Under the pieces are notes generated by a model that worked only from the letters and a program-made list of their open reading frames with translations, was not told where the DNA came from and did not search any database. A stretch of 63,518 nucleotides of DNA, counting the filler, from Choristocarpus tenellus KU-1152 (Eukaryota; Protista; Phaeophyceae), in the NCBI GenBank assembly GCA_964200185.2. It is 10 parts of 10 records of this genome, joined end to end, with 100 filler letters (N's around TTAATTAATTAA, not from the genome) between each part and the next. Parts side by side here need not be neighbours in the genome. Positions count along the whole stretch, not along the records: positions 1 to 3,724 come from CAXNAD020018284.1; positions 3,825 to 8,070 come from CAXNAD020015508.1; positions 8,171 to 13,535 come from CAXNAD020011027.1; 7 more parts are not named here. One strand, 5' to 3'. Below are positions 1 to 12,000 of the stretch, piece after piece (position 1 is the first letter of the stretch; every line of letters begins with the position of its first letter). Made by a program: the position numbers and the translations under genes.

Positions 1-44
1 TTGCTTTCGCTTTGATATTGGGCTTAAGAGAGGAAGGGGAGGGG

Positions 45-78
<34 letters not shown>

Positions 79-271
79 AAATGCATCTGGTCAGGGGTAA
101 AAAAAAGTAGCCAATGAAACAAATGCAGGTATGACATCATACAGCAATGGCATCACCCATCCATTTCTCTCACATGACAAATCAAATATACCTCAAGTAA
201 GAATACCTCCCCCTCCCTCCCCCACCCGTCATTTGGCCGTCTGCTCCCCTGCCCCCTCTGTGGCATAACTC

Positions 272-2749
272 ACCTCTTTGTATCCACTGCGTCACTTTTC
301 TCAGTAGAGATTTCCAACTCTGATTCCACTGCAGCCTTAGCAGCTGCTGCTGACGTGGCTGGGCTGCCCCTCATATCATTCACTGTGATCTCCATCCTTG
401 GAGGGGGGGAGATGCTGTAGACAATGAGGGGGTCCTCTTTGTCTCCAAAGGGTTGCGCCTCATCCTTGTCCTTCACCCTGCCCTTCTTCTTGCCTGCTGC
501 TGTTGCTGAGGATGGTGACGTCACTGCTATTATACACACACACATTATTGAGCATTCATCACACAAAACAGTATGTATTACAGAGTAGACAGTTCTTCTG
601 TAGTACAAGTTACTTCCTCACATCACATGGAAAATGTTACAGAGAGAGAGAGAGAGTGCATTTTTCATCCAGAGAACACATTTCCACTGTCTGCCCTATG
701 ACTGCAGTCCGGTCATGTCAAAATGGTTGATGGACATGGACTCAATCATGTTTGAACTTGGTTGTACATGGCTGGAAGGCGGCCCCGGTCATGTTGAGTC
801 GTGACGGCCATGGACGGGGCCGAGTTAGAACATTTTATGTTTGACCAGCCAGGCAATATTTTCTTGGAACTCAGGCCGGCCACGTCATGGCCACGCCTCC
901 CTATTTGCCATTCACTCTGGTTGTACCTTTGATCCCACACTAGTACTCCAAGTACAATGTAAAATATTGATATTTCGATGCTTCCAATTTTACTATTACA
1001 GAAAAAAATAAATCAAAATTTCAAAATTGAAAAAAAGAGTCATCGTTTTGCGTTTGGTGCTTGAGTCGCTAAAGTGATTTGTGACTTCAAGATGTATTTT
1101 GATGCTCAATTGTCAAGGGTCGAGCGTGAACATAGGAAATAATAATAATAAAAAAAAACACATTGTATTCTCGGTGCATGTCCTTCACGATCATGATTTA
1201 ATAAAACCAATAAAGTTTAGAGATGATTTGAAGGAACATACTGTCTATATATCACATACTCGAGTCCACCTGAACCTTTGACATACACACGTCTTTCATT
1301 GTTGGACTAGTACAGCATGTAGTGGACATGGTCCAGACATGTTAGAGAATACTAGAGTTGGTCTGGACAGTGGACATGGACCAGTACAATACCCAGTGGA
1401 CATGGTCTGGACTTGTTAAATAATCTTGAACCGGTCTGACCGGTGGACTTGGACCAGATTAACACCTTGTCAACAACATGGACCGAGATATACCAATTAT
1501 TTTTGGCCCAGTCTAGGCGGCGGACGGGACCATTTTAAATTGCCGACCCAGTGAAAACCCCTAGAATGAATAGCTTTATTTCTATGCCAGCTGAAAGGGG
1601 AGTGACTCTCTTTCAAGGCAGCACACAAAACACCAAAACGCCGATGTTTCAGTTGTTCCAATGAGCCTGTTCCTCAAGAACATGCAGTCCTCTTGGGTAA
1701 ACAAGAGAGGTGATATGATAGCATCTTTGGGTGGGAGTCCCTCCAGCATCCTGGCATGCTACTACAACAACAGGGACTTGGACTTGGACTCTCCCAACAG
1801 ATGTAGACAGAGAAACATTTGGTATGTTTCAGGGTTGGGGAGATGGGGATGAAGTGTGACTCTGGACAAGGAAGGGGAGGGGGGGGAGAAGAGTTCAACA
1901 GGGGTTCCAATCACCTTCTGAAGCCTTGTCGTCAAAGGATACTGATTGACCCTCACTATTAACATCTGTGGACTGGTCCTCAGCAGAGGGGGTGGAGATG
2001 CTCTCCAGGGCCTACCAGGCTCCAAAATTACACCCAAGGATTGAGTTACGGAAGGGAAGGGAAGGGAAGGGAAGGGGAAGGGAGGGTAGAGGGGTAAGCA
2101 GCTTGGTATAAAAATCAGAAGCAGTTGAATAAAGGAACACCAACAGAGGGTGAGTTCACTAAGGATGGAGTGTCTTGGCCAGCCCGACTAGAAAAATGCC
2201 ATCTAAGAAATAAAAATTCTTCATTGAGCTGTCACTACAAAAACCACAGTCTAGATCAATAACAGCTACTATTCTTAAACAATCTATCAGGATGGTATCT
2301 CTTATTGTGATACGAACAGGCAACTTTGTGAGGCCTGTGGAGAGGTTATTATGGACCAAAACCTCACTTTAAAAATTGGCACAAAGACATCTACCTCTTA
2401 TGAGTTCAACTTTCACCTCCATGCCTCAGTGCACCTGGAATGATAGGTAAACAAGTGATTCCTGAATCATCAACGAAAACATAATGTCTGCCACAAGGAA
2501 GGCAACAACTTAGGTAACATCACCTTTTTGTCCAAGAGAATAGCAACATCAATTAATTGCAAGTGTAACTCCCAAACACATTTTTGGCTACAGTATAGTG
2601 AGTAGGGGTGAACATGTCCAAACCCACCCCCACCCCCACCCCCACCCACCCACCCACCCACCCACAAACACACCAACACACTGCACCTCAGAAACAGACT
2701 TGGTGTCCTCAGACATGACAGTCTTCCAGGCATTCACGGGAGGCACAAC
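272..2749 (-). CDS. Internal exons of an uncharacterised multi-exon gene (contig 1, partial)
   Basis: Several open segments are bounded by AG/GT on the minus strand: ~2687-2749 (VVPPVNAWKTVMSEDTKSVSE), ~1916-2010 (ALESISTPSAEDQSTDVNSEGQSVSFDDKASE), ~1636-1759 (HARMLEGLPPKDAIISPLLFTQEDCMFLRNRLIG) and ~274-525 (KKKGRVKDKDEAQPFGDKEDPLIVYSISPPP...). No recognisable domain. Boundaries are approximate. Confidence 0.45.
670..1564. mobile_element. Non-autonomous DNA transposon, hAT-like terminus with subterminal GTGGACATGG(T/A)CC repeats
   Basis: The right end ...CCCAGTGAAAACCCCTAG and the preceding ~250 bp align by eye with 21560-21852 (...CCAGTGAAAGACCCTG) on another contig. GGACATGG motifs recur many times. 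CAGGG/TAGGG termini are typical of hAT, but the superfamily call is inference. Confidence 0.55.
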
Positions 2750-2827
2750 CTGAGGGTTTCCACGCAGGCATGAACACATCAAGAGGTGGAAGACAATACG
2801 CACATATAAATAAATAAATACACACAC

Positions 2828-2864
<37 letters not shown>

Positions 2865-3658
2865 CATACAAGAGGGTGCTAGAATCTACACAAATAAACT
2901 CTCCTAGAAATTGAAGCACGTTTGGAATCAGAATGTTCTGCGGGGATGTTCTACTCTTACTCTTAACATTAACAAAACTAATGTAGCATAATAGCACATA
3001 CCCGCACTTGAACACTTGTGGCATCATAGAGCTGGACACGCATCAGCAGACCATACGGCAGTATTTTGTAGTCTATGACATGGTGCATTCTACTTGTCTT
3101 CTGGTGGAGTGGGCATCACCAACGCATAGTATGATGCATTGGCCTGAGAAAAGGTGGTGCCCTACATTCCACTATGAGGTGCCCAAGAAGTGCTGGCATC
3201 GGAAGGGTCACAAATATACTCAGTAGGCGTTTTTCAAAACATGCAAAATGCCAACCGAGGTTACAAACTCCAGGAATTGTGGGACCATTGGACATCAGGC
3301 GTTGTCCACTCAAGCTGGTATGATTATGAACTCAGTTGGAACAGAAACAAGCTCAATTCAGCCACACAGACTCCAAAAAAGGAATCTACCACAAAGTGTA
3401 GGAGAGTAGTGAAAAACTTGTACTGACTTGGTGTGATAGCTTACACCACAATAGCACAAACAATCACTATCACTTAACTTGGAAAATGACCTGGAAGAGA
3501 TGCTGCAATGAAAAACCAAGATCAGTTATGACGAAGTGTGTAGATTTTACTTTCACTGAACAGAAAACCTTTTCTGACAGTAGACTCTGACTCAAACATT
3601 TTCCACCTAACCACTTACCCTTGACCATTAGATTGGGGGGGGGGGGGGGGGGGGGGGG

Positions 3659-3694
<36 letters not shown>

Positions 3695-3724
3695 GGGTGG
3701 TGGTGGTGGTGGGTGGCTTTTTAA

Positions 3725-3824
3725 NNNNNNNNNNNNNNNNNNNNNNNNNNNNNNNNNNNNNNNNNNNNTTAATTAATTAANNNNNNNNNNNNNNNNNNNN
3801 NNNNNNNNNNNNNNNNNNNNNNNN
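3725..3824. other. Artificial contig spacer (44 N + TTAATTAATTAA + 44 N); identical spacers at 8071-8170, 13536-13635, 16785-16884, 20816-20915, 28872-28971, 49495-49594, 53175-53274, 58889-58988
   Basis: Nine identical 100-bp blocks, each with a core giving stop codons in all six frames. Genes are cut at these points. Confidence 0.98.
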
Positions 3825-3885
3825 GTATATAGTTTTCATTGGTTTTCCGCTGACACATCTGCAAAATGTCAGAGGGCATAATAGT
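3825..3885 (+). mobile_element. 3' tail of CRE-like non-LTR retrotransposon
   Basis: GTTTTCATTGGTTTTCCGCTGACACATCTGCAAAATGTCAGAGGGCATAATAGT matches the 3' end of the long copy at 47627-48215 (reverse complement). Confidence 0.75.
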
Positions 3886-4044
3886 ATAAATTATTATAAT
3901 ATATATTGTGTATATAAAATGTCCTCAACATAAGAATAATCGTTAATATAGTTCAAATTGAACACCTTGAGTTCGCTTGTAAAATCAAGTTAGGAAGAGA
4001 TTTCCTGTTTCACCAAGTTAGGAGGAGATTCCGTGTTTCAAGTG

Positions 4045-4054
4045 GTGACGTCAC
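4045..4054. promoter_or_regulatory. Palindromic GTGACGTCAC (contains TGACGT on both strands), candidate bZIP/aureochrome site
   Basis: Perfect 10-bp palindrome 98 bp upstream of the aureochrome ATG. TGACGT is the reported aureochrome-binding core. Function is inferred only. Confidence 0.35.
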
Positions 4055-4151
4055 AATACAACCAGCTAATATCACCTTGTCAGTAATGTGTCTGACCTTC
4101 CAATTATGACCTGGGCTTGTGCTCAGGCACCTGGTAGGGTTAAAAGCAGAG

Positions 4152-7100
4152 ATGCAAAATTTCACAAAACTTGAAATTATGGATGGTTCCGACCTACTAC
4201 TGTCTGATGTGGATGACAGGGAACCAACAGGGTCGTTTGGTGGGGATGTAATGTTGGGATTTCCAGCATATTTTGACTCTGGAAGTGCATTGATGAGGGC
4301 TGGTTGTGATGGGGCATCGCCTTTGAAGTTTGGTTCATTGCCCAAGGGCGAAGAAAAGTTGGTGGATGTTAAAGAAGAGTTTATGTTGAGTCAACCTATG
4401 AGTTCGGCACATGATATACACCTACCCTTTCTACCTGCGTATGCCGAACCCGAGGACGGGAAAACGAGTGATGAAAAGGCGGTGAAGTCCTGTGGAGTTT
4501 CTGAGGGAGATGTTGAGGCCGATGAAGAGAGTGATGGGAGTGAACTTGAAGCCGAGCTGAGCGAGAAGCGGCGGCGAAATCGTGAGCATGCCAAGCGTAG
4601 CAGGTAATTCAGTACATATTTCGTTGTTTGTGTTTCTTTTGTGTAGGTGCTGTTTTGTGGGGGATGGTGGTCGTCTAGGCTGTAAATTAGTGATGAATCT
4701 TTGATATTGACGAGGTGTCACGCCTCTGGCACCCTGTCCCGTTCAGGATGAGGAAAAGGTTGAAGCTGGGGGAGTTGGAGGATGCTCTCCTGGAGCTTCG
4801 AAGGGAGAACATATTGCTTCGACGACTTGTGAAGCAGGTTATACCGGAGAAAGCAGATCAAATCATTCGTATCTCCGCATTGAACAACACCGATGCGGAT
4901 GAGGTTGCAAAAGAGGATGTGATGCAGGGTATGCGCCCGAACTCGAGCTTGTACCAGAAGACCACTCGTCGATCTTCAATCCGAGGAGGGTCTGGCAGAA
5001 GAAGTGACGGAGTACGAGGGCGTTGCCCAGATCGCGTACCATCTGCGCTGAAGCTCATGTCACCATCTTACCACACCGTGTCCGCTCTAGCCAACAGCCA
5101 GGCGAACTTCATTTTAACGGACAGGAGTGGTTCTATCATTTTCGCGAGTGAGGGATTCTTGACCCTTACGGGGTATAGCTCTACCGAAGTTATGGCCCAG
5201 AATTGCCGGATGCTGCAAGGGGAGGGAACTGACCCTGGAACGGTCTCTATCATCCGCAATAATTTGGCCAGCAATCGTGACACCAGTGTTTGCATACTAA
5301 ATTACAAAGCCGATGGGACGCCTTTTTGGTGAGCTTAGACTTGTGTTTTTTCCCCTAACCTTTTCTCTATCTTTCTATTTCTCTATCTCTCTGCCTTTGT
5401 TTTGGCATGATTGGCTCATATGACTGGGGTCTGCTTGTTGGAGTTGATGACATACCCCTTCGCAACCCCTTTCCCTCGATACCTGAGTTAGTCAATGCTT
5501 TGTATCGATATCCATCATGTAGTAAAGGTAGGCTGCTTTGTTGAGCTGTAGAACAGCTGAGCATGTGGAAATTTCTCAGAAACGTCTGTGATAGAGACAA
5601 CCTCCAGGTTTGGGGAGAGAGAGAAAGCTCCTGCGCAAGTGGTATGATCTCAAAATTCTCATATATTCAATTTTCATATGTTCACAGAATTGCATCGAGA
5701 TTGTTCCTCAAACATTCCTCTTTCACAACAATGGAAGGCCTATCGCATCCTGGAGGGTGAGTTAGGTGTCCATTTGCGGCCTGTGTGATCCTGTAGTTTT
5801 TTTTAAGTAATCCAAGTGAATTTGTCAGATGTAAGAAAAATTTCCTTACATACCTTACATCTGAACATACCTTCCTTTTTCAACCACCTACCTGAATTAA
5901 GTTCGAAGGAAATCAACCACAACATGGGCATCAAAATGGGGTGTCTTGCAACACTCTGCCAAGCCCCAGGTGGACAACCTGGGCTTAAACACCCCCTCCG
6001 AGATGCTATGGGTCTTTGATGAGGTTGATTGTCTTTGGAATCTAGTTTCAAATACAAGTTGGAGAACATTGAATGATTTGGTGTTGTTTTGTTTTTTTTC
6101 AGTACCATGTTGCGTGCACTTCCTCTTATTGATCTCATCTAAACGGCCCTGAATGGTACATTTGGATTGACCAGGAATCAACTGTCCATTGGTGTACTGC
6201 TGGATAAGCAAGGGAAGGTGGCCAATTATGTGGGAGTAATGTGTGAGGTGAAACAGATGGCACCTTCTGACTTTCACAGATTGCTTCACAGGCAAGTGAC
6301 ACCTCCAAACAAACATCTCGGTGCTTGTGTGTGACTCTGTTGTGCAGCGTATGTGGTTGGTCAAGTTGCAGTGTGGACAAAGGATGACAAGGAGTATTTC
6401 CCTCAGAATATTAAATGCAATAAAATCATAAGATTTATGTAAATATACTTCATATCATCATCATCATCATTATTATTATTATTTTGCTATGATCATCCGG
6501 AATTTTGTTTGTGGCATTCATTTTAAGAGCAGCCTTTTCAAAGGTGTGTCTTTTCTACCTTTTTGAAGATGGAACAGAGTTGGGATATATATATATATAT
6601 ATATAGAAATTGTATGTGGAGTGAGATGCAGACAACATTTGCCAATCAGTGGGTTGTTCATTTTGCACACGATTGCATCAAGGGGGAAGTCATGACGTTT
6701 GCTCCCTATAATGTTTGTGGTGTTTTGAGATTCTAGATGCCTTTACTTCAGCTTCCATCTTTCTGATTTCAAGAGGAGAATTATTATTTTTTACTTGTTT
6801 CTGATTTTTGGCAGTTTTAGCTTGAATCAAATTTCCCTGTTTTGATAAAGGTGTAGGGCATATTACTCCCTCAACCAGAGTTAGCAAATACCCTCTGGTG
6901 GAAGATAGTGCCTTTTTAGTGCTATATAGTGAGAGATGTAGCACAGGAATTTGGGCATTTCAAGAGTGAAAAAGGAGAGTGCTGTGGGGGTTAGAAGTAA
7001 AGTCACCATACATTCCTAGTATTGCTTAGATGTAGGTGTGATATGAGAGGGTTTGGGGAGGTTTGATCCTCACTTGACAAGACTTCTGTAAGTGAAGTAG

Positions 7101-7720
7101 TAGTGTAAGAGTCAACCCAGCACGAGATTATGGCTTTAACATGTATGCCTTTTTGTATTGTAGATGACAAGGGGTTTGTTACAGATAAACAGGCATTAAG
7201 AGCGTGTGTGGTAGAGGTTTTATTATTTTTTCTCTTTACAATTTTTGTTTGTTTTCAATTTCTTTCCCTTAATAGCTTCCTTCCTCCATTACAAAGATAC
7301 AATCATGGGTGTAAGAACATGAACTCTAGTGCTAGGCACTAAACTTTAAGGAGCGAATCGACTTGGGCATTATGTGGACAAATTGTATTTCAGATCAAGT
7401 GCCCCCTGAGTGTTGCCATGCTAATTGATGTATGTTATAGAGTATTTGGCCCTAGGTTTCTACGGGGCCAATCGATGATCGTTGTTTTGGTCCCAGCCAT
7501 GTACATATTGTATGTACACTACTTCAACCAAAACTCAGCAATATGTGTCTCTCATTACCCTCTTTGATTCGTTTTTGCTGCTTAATCTTTTCTTCTTGAC
7601 CTTCTCAGAGTCCCCCTCCCCGAGAGTCTCATGACTGAGGGTGAGGAAGACTCGAATGTGAAGGTTGAGGTTACTGAATCAGGACATCGCCAGAACAGTC
7701 ACCGAGGCAGGAGTTCCTAG
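4152..7720 (+). CDS. AUREO: Aureochrome (bZIP-LOV blue-light-responsive transcription factor), divergent LOV domain
   Basis: Exons 4152-4603, 4747-5328, 6175-6291 and probably 7609-7720, all phase-compatible. The spliced product has bZIP EKRRRNREHAKRSRMRKRLKLGELEDALLELRRENILL followed by LOV NFILTD...FASEGFLTLTGYS...QNCRMLQG...ILNYKADGTPFWNQLSIGVLLDKQGKVANYVGVMCEV. The last exon (RVPLPESL...) needs a GC donor at 6292; without it the frame stops at 6334. Confidence 0.95.
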
Positions 7721-8199
7721 CCATCACGCTGCCATTGTGATATGTGTTTGCTGCATTAGATGCAACATACATACGTGCTTGAGATCAAAGGGCTAACTAG
7801 ATGCCGATTGAGTTATGTCTGCATACATGCAGTGGTACAGTGGCCTGTGGAGGGATCAGTCATGGCAAGCGTTGACAACTACATTGTTGTTCTGAGAGAG
7901 CGGTTTGTGTGTTGTGAATTCTATGAACACTCTTTTAATGGTTTTGGCAAGGTTCTGATTGACTGTTTGAAATTTGTAAGAATCTCGTGAAAGGAGTGAG
8001 AACGTTGTGTATGATTCCCAGGATTTATCTGTGTGTGACATCAATGGTGATGAGAGAGAGGGGTGGGGGGNNNNNNNNNNNNNNNNNNNNNNNNNNNNNN
8101 NNNNNNNNNNNNNNTTAATTAATTAANNNNNNNNNNNNNNNNNNNNNNNNNNNNNNNNNNNNNNNNNNNNGTGAAAAAAAAAACCTCAGGGTACTTTTT

Positions 8200-8270
8200 T
8201 TTTTTTTTTTTCGCAAAACACAACCATCCTCATAGTCCTGCACCATCCTCAATTTTGGGAAATCCCTGTT
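8200..8270. mobile_element. Right end of AACAG-terminated MITE family (related left end at 20746-20815)
   Basis: CCATCCTCATAGTCCTGCACCATCCTCAATTTTGGGAAATCCCTGTT resembles the reverse complement of 20746-20800 and the TIRs at 22918-23165 and 47259-47401. Confidence 0.65.
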
Positions 8271-8280
8271 AACTGGAGAC

Positions 8281-8673
8281 TACATACAGGAGAAAAGGAG
8301 CCATCAAATCCCGCCTATTATGTATGGCAGATAGTCTCAGTCACAACGCAAGTAGCCCTATCTAGAGGGGTCATGCGTTTTAAGGTGGAGTCACCAGGGA
8401 GATAGATAGTGAAGGAGGGGTTTGTTAGATTCTGGGATGCTTCCCAAGCACCTCAACTTGGGGTGCAGGAATAGGTTCGAGATACAGGAAGGCAGTAGTA
8501 GTAGAAGACAGTAGAAAAATAGGAAACAAACATTTTTCACTTTATGAATGACAAGTGTTACTTCTTTAGGGATTTTCCAGATATGTGAATAGTTTTCATT
8601 AGTTTTTCCCGTGGCACATCTCCAAAATGTCTTAAGGTATAATAATATTTTACCCTCTCACATTTTCCAGATG
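8281..8673 (+). mobile_element. 5'-truncated CRE-like non-LTR retrotransposon (ORF end + 3' UTR) followed by a short inverted tail
   Basis: Translates, with a frameshift, as YRRKGAIKSRLL/QIVSVTTQVALSRGVMRFKVESPGR, colinear with 47627-48215. The segment ~8650-8673 is a second 3' tail in the opposite orientation. Confidence 0.8.
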
Positions 8674-9004
8674 TAATATCAAAGTAACAGTTGTAAATTT
8701 ATATGACGATACCTTCTCGTCACAAAAATTAGTATAATTTTTGAATTTCGATACTCCTCTTCATGCGCGCATATCTGTCCAGCGCGCGCATGAATGGACG
8801 TAGATCGGGACACAGGGAGAGTCCAAGTCCCAAATAGCCCTATCCCGTAGCCGCTATAGAGTTTTGGAATCATAGGCTTCTCGAACAACCTCTTTGATTG
8901 CTTGCACCTTGATCTAGATATTTTTGCCTGCTTCAACAGCAGTAGACGGTGCAAATCACAACTAGGACGTTTTTGTAGTGTGTACTTTCTCAAAGAAGGC
9001 CCTG

Positions 9005-12000
9005 ATGGCATCTCTACCCAACAACTTTGGTGGAACGAAGCGCAGGGTGTCATATTTCTATGATGGTAGGTGCCTGTGTTGCACTGCGTCTGCTGGGAAA
9101 TGTTTTGTTTGCTGCACTTCGATAAACAGCTCAGCCCCAGCCCCCTTTGCGAGAACGTTGAGATAGCACTATTGTGTTTAGGTTGTATTTCAAATCGACG
9201 AAACCGCCCTGTCCATCCTCTGCCCTCTATGTATCTTTCCACCTCCACTTTATTACGACAGCCGAGATCGGGAATTATCATTACGGCCAGGGGCATCCGA
9301 TGAAACCCCATCGCGTTCGTATGACCCATAACTTGGTCGTCAACTACGGCATGTACAGAAAGATGGATGTGTTTCGACCTAAACCAATTAGCAGTCAGCA
9401 GATGACCCGTTTCCACTCCGACGACTATATCAACTTTCTGCGAGTCATCACTCAAGATAATATGCAGGTACGTTGGGTGAAGCCTTCAGATTAGAACCGC
9501 GAGGTGTTCGCACTTTACTTGGACTTGATTTGGGGAGGGGACTAGCAAACCTCCATGGAGTTTGGTGTTTTAATTGTTGGATCGAAATTGTTGCATCCCT
9601 TCTGTTAAGTTCAGAGTTTGGATCGGTTTGCTTTATTCCTAATCAACATGTAGAAGTTTTCCGATGATGTTCCTCAAGTCACCACATTTTGCACCGTTAG
9701 AGACTGTGTAAGAAGTGATGTAATACAGTTGAATGAGATTTTTTCGTTGGGCAATATATGCATGCTATGAGAGATGTTCTTGCACTACTATTTTGTGCAT
9801 GCTCTGGATTGTATTGCACGGCTCTGAGAAACATTTTTTAGCGACACCTGTGGTTGTCAAAGTGAAAGAGATACTAGCAAAGAGTTAAGATGACTGCGAA
9901 TGTGGGGTCAGGTAGGCGTTCCCATTCCTCTACTGAACACTCGAGAATGCCTTACTGCTCGTAATGATCAGCACAAGTTGGACGAACTGCAACGCTTCAA
10001 TGTTGGGGAGGACTGTCCAGTGTTTGATGGATTATTTGAGTTCTGCCAACTATACACTTCTGGTTCCATTGGAGGTGCCTTCCGTCTAAACAACAAACTC
10101 TCTGATGTGGCTATCAACTGGTCTGGGGGGCTCCATCACGCAAAGAAGGTGGTTTGGTACAAATTTATTGTCAAGGTGTCAGAATAGATATCCATGATAC
10201 CCACAAGAGATGACACAATTCCTTGTCAGATGTGTTGCGACCTTCTCTGCTAGATAAGTAGGGCAGCTAGACTTTCCCAGTAGGCCATTGTAGGGAGGAA
10301 AACAGGGTGTTGCAGTCACTGTGAAGTTAGCTAACATCATTGAATGCACAATAAGGGGGAGAGAAATAGATCAAGCACAAGTGACCCAAGTACCTGGAGG
10401 TGAACGTTATTGCTCTGGCCATAAACTTGAGCTTGGGATATATAGTAGCAAAATGGTCAATTGGTCAGTGCAACTGCTCTGTAGAAATGTTGCATTGTCT
10501 ACCCCTCCAAAATGGGTGTTCTCTAGCAGGTGTAGGAGTCATTGCAACTGCTTCAACCTACACAAGCAGTTGCCTCTAACCTATGCTTAATATTTGACCA
10601 AGCACAGTAGGTCATGTCATCAAGAAGCAAAGAATAAGAGCAACTTATCCAGTGACACATTACACTTATTGCAACATTTTTCTATTTATATCCCCCCAGA
10701 GTGAAGCTTCAGGTTTTTGCTATGTGAACGACTGTGTGCTGGCAATCTTGGAATTGTTGAAGGAGCATCAGCGAGTCCTCTATGTAGACATAGACATTCA
10801 CCATGGGGATGGAGTTGAGGTGAGGTAGTAAGTGTTTGTCGTTAGTTCTTTCTCACGCTCTGCTCCAGCTATTTTGTGACAGCTGTTGACAGTTAGCAAT
10901 TAAAAGTGTGTTTGACACTTCTCAATATCCATTGTGGTGTTTGTGGTGCAGACACACACGCCTTTTGTTTGGGACTGGGTACCCATTAGGGATGAAATGA
11001 TTTTTTGTATTGAGTGCAAGAATATTTTTTTACTGTATTCTACATGATGCCCACTGAAGGCATATTTGCATTATATCCTTATCCAATCAGGAGGCTTTCT
11101 ATGCAACAAATAGGGTTATGACTGTGTCATTTCACAAGTTTGGGGAGTACTTCCCAGGAACAGGGGATGTCAAGGATGTAGGTGAGTGAGAGACACTCTG
11201 GTCAATGGAATCAACTGTGGATGGTGGTATTAAGGAGTTCTTCCCCAGGGGTGTTGCTCAACTGCCTGTGACTTACCGCAGTGAGGACTATCCATCAACA
11301 CTATCCATCAAGGTGACCCACAACATGGTAAATTGTTTTTTCAGGTGTCAATCTTGGACAGAACTATGCCATTAACTTCCCCCTGCAGGATGGCATCAAT
11401 GATGAGAGCTACCGGAGCATCTTTAGGCCTGTTCTTGAAAAGGTATGACTAGGGCAAGTACCACATATTTGAAGCTTCCAAGCTGTTCCCCTGGTTGGTG
11501 TTTACTCTGTTTAGGTGCTGATTGAACTGTTATAGGCAGAGCTCCCCCTGTGTTTGGTGTTGAGTCTCTCACCGATATCCTCTCTTGAGTGTTGTCCAGT
11601 TCAAAATCGTCTATGTTGTTAATTGTGATTTCCACATGGTTTCTCTGTCTGTCTGTCTGTCTGTCTCAAAAGGTCATGGAGCACTTCGCACCAGAAGCAA
11701 TAGTGATGCAATGTGGAGCAGACTCCCTTTCTGGCGATCGGTTGGGGTGCTTTAACCTCTCGTTACGTGGCCATGCTGATTGTGTGTCCTTCGTAAAGAG
11801 CTTCAATGTGCCACTTCTTGTGCTTGGGGGTGGGGGGTACACCCTCCGAAATGTCCCCCGGTGCTGGGCTTACGAGACTGGCATACTTCTTGACACAGAG
11901 CCAGCTGTGAGTACCAGCAAAATGGGGCAAGCTTTTGGTATTCAGGCTAAAACTAATGCGTTAGATTTACAAGATGAGCATAGATGAATTGGGAACTATG

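Noticed and set aside
33-3715. Long poly-G tracts (33-77, 3634-3715) as functional G-quadruplex elements
   Set aside because: Most contigs end at G/C runs, which indicates sequencing dropout and unreliable tract length; no functional evidence.
8679-9455. 258-aa minus-strand ORF
   Set aside because: Antisense shadow of HDAC exons 1-2, with no independent coding signal.
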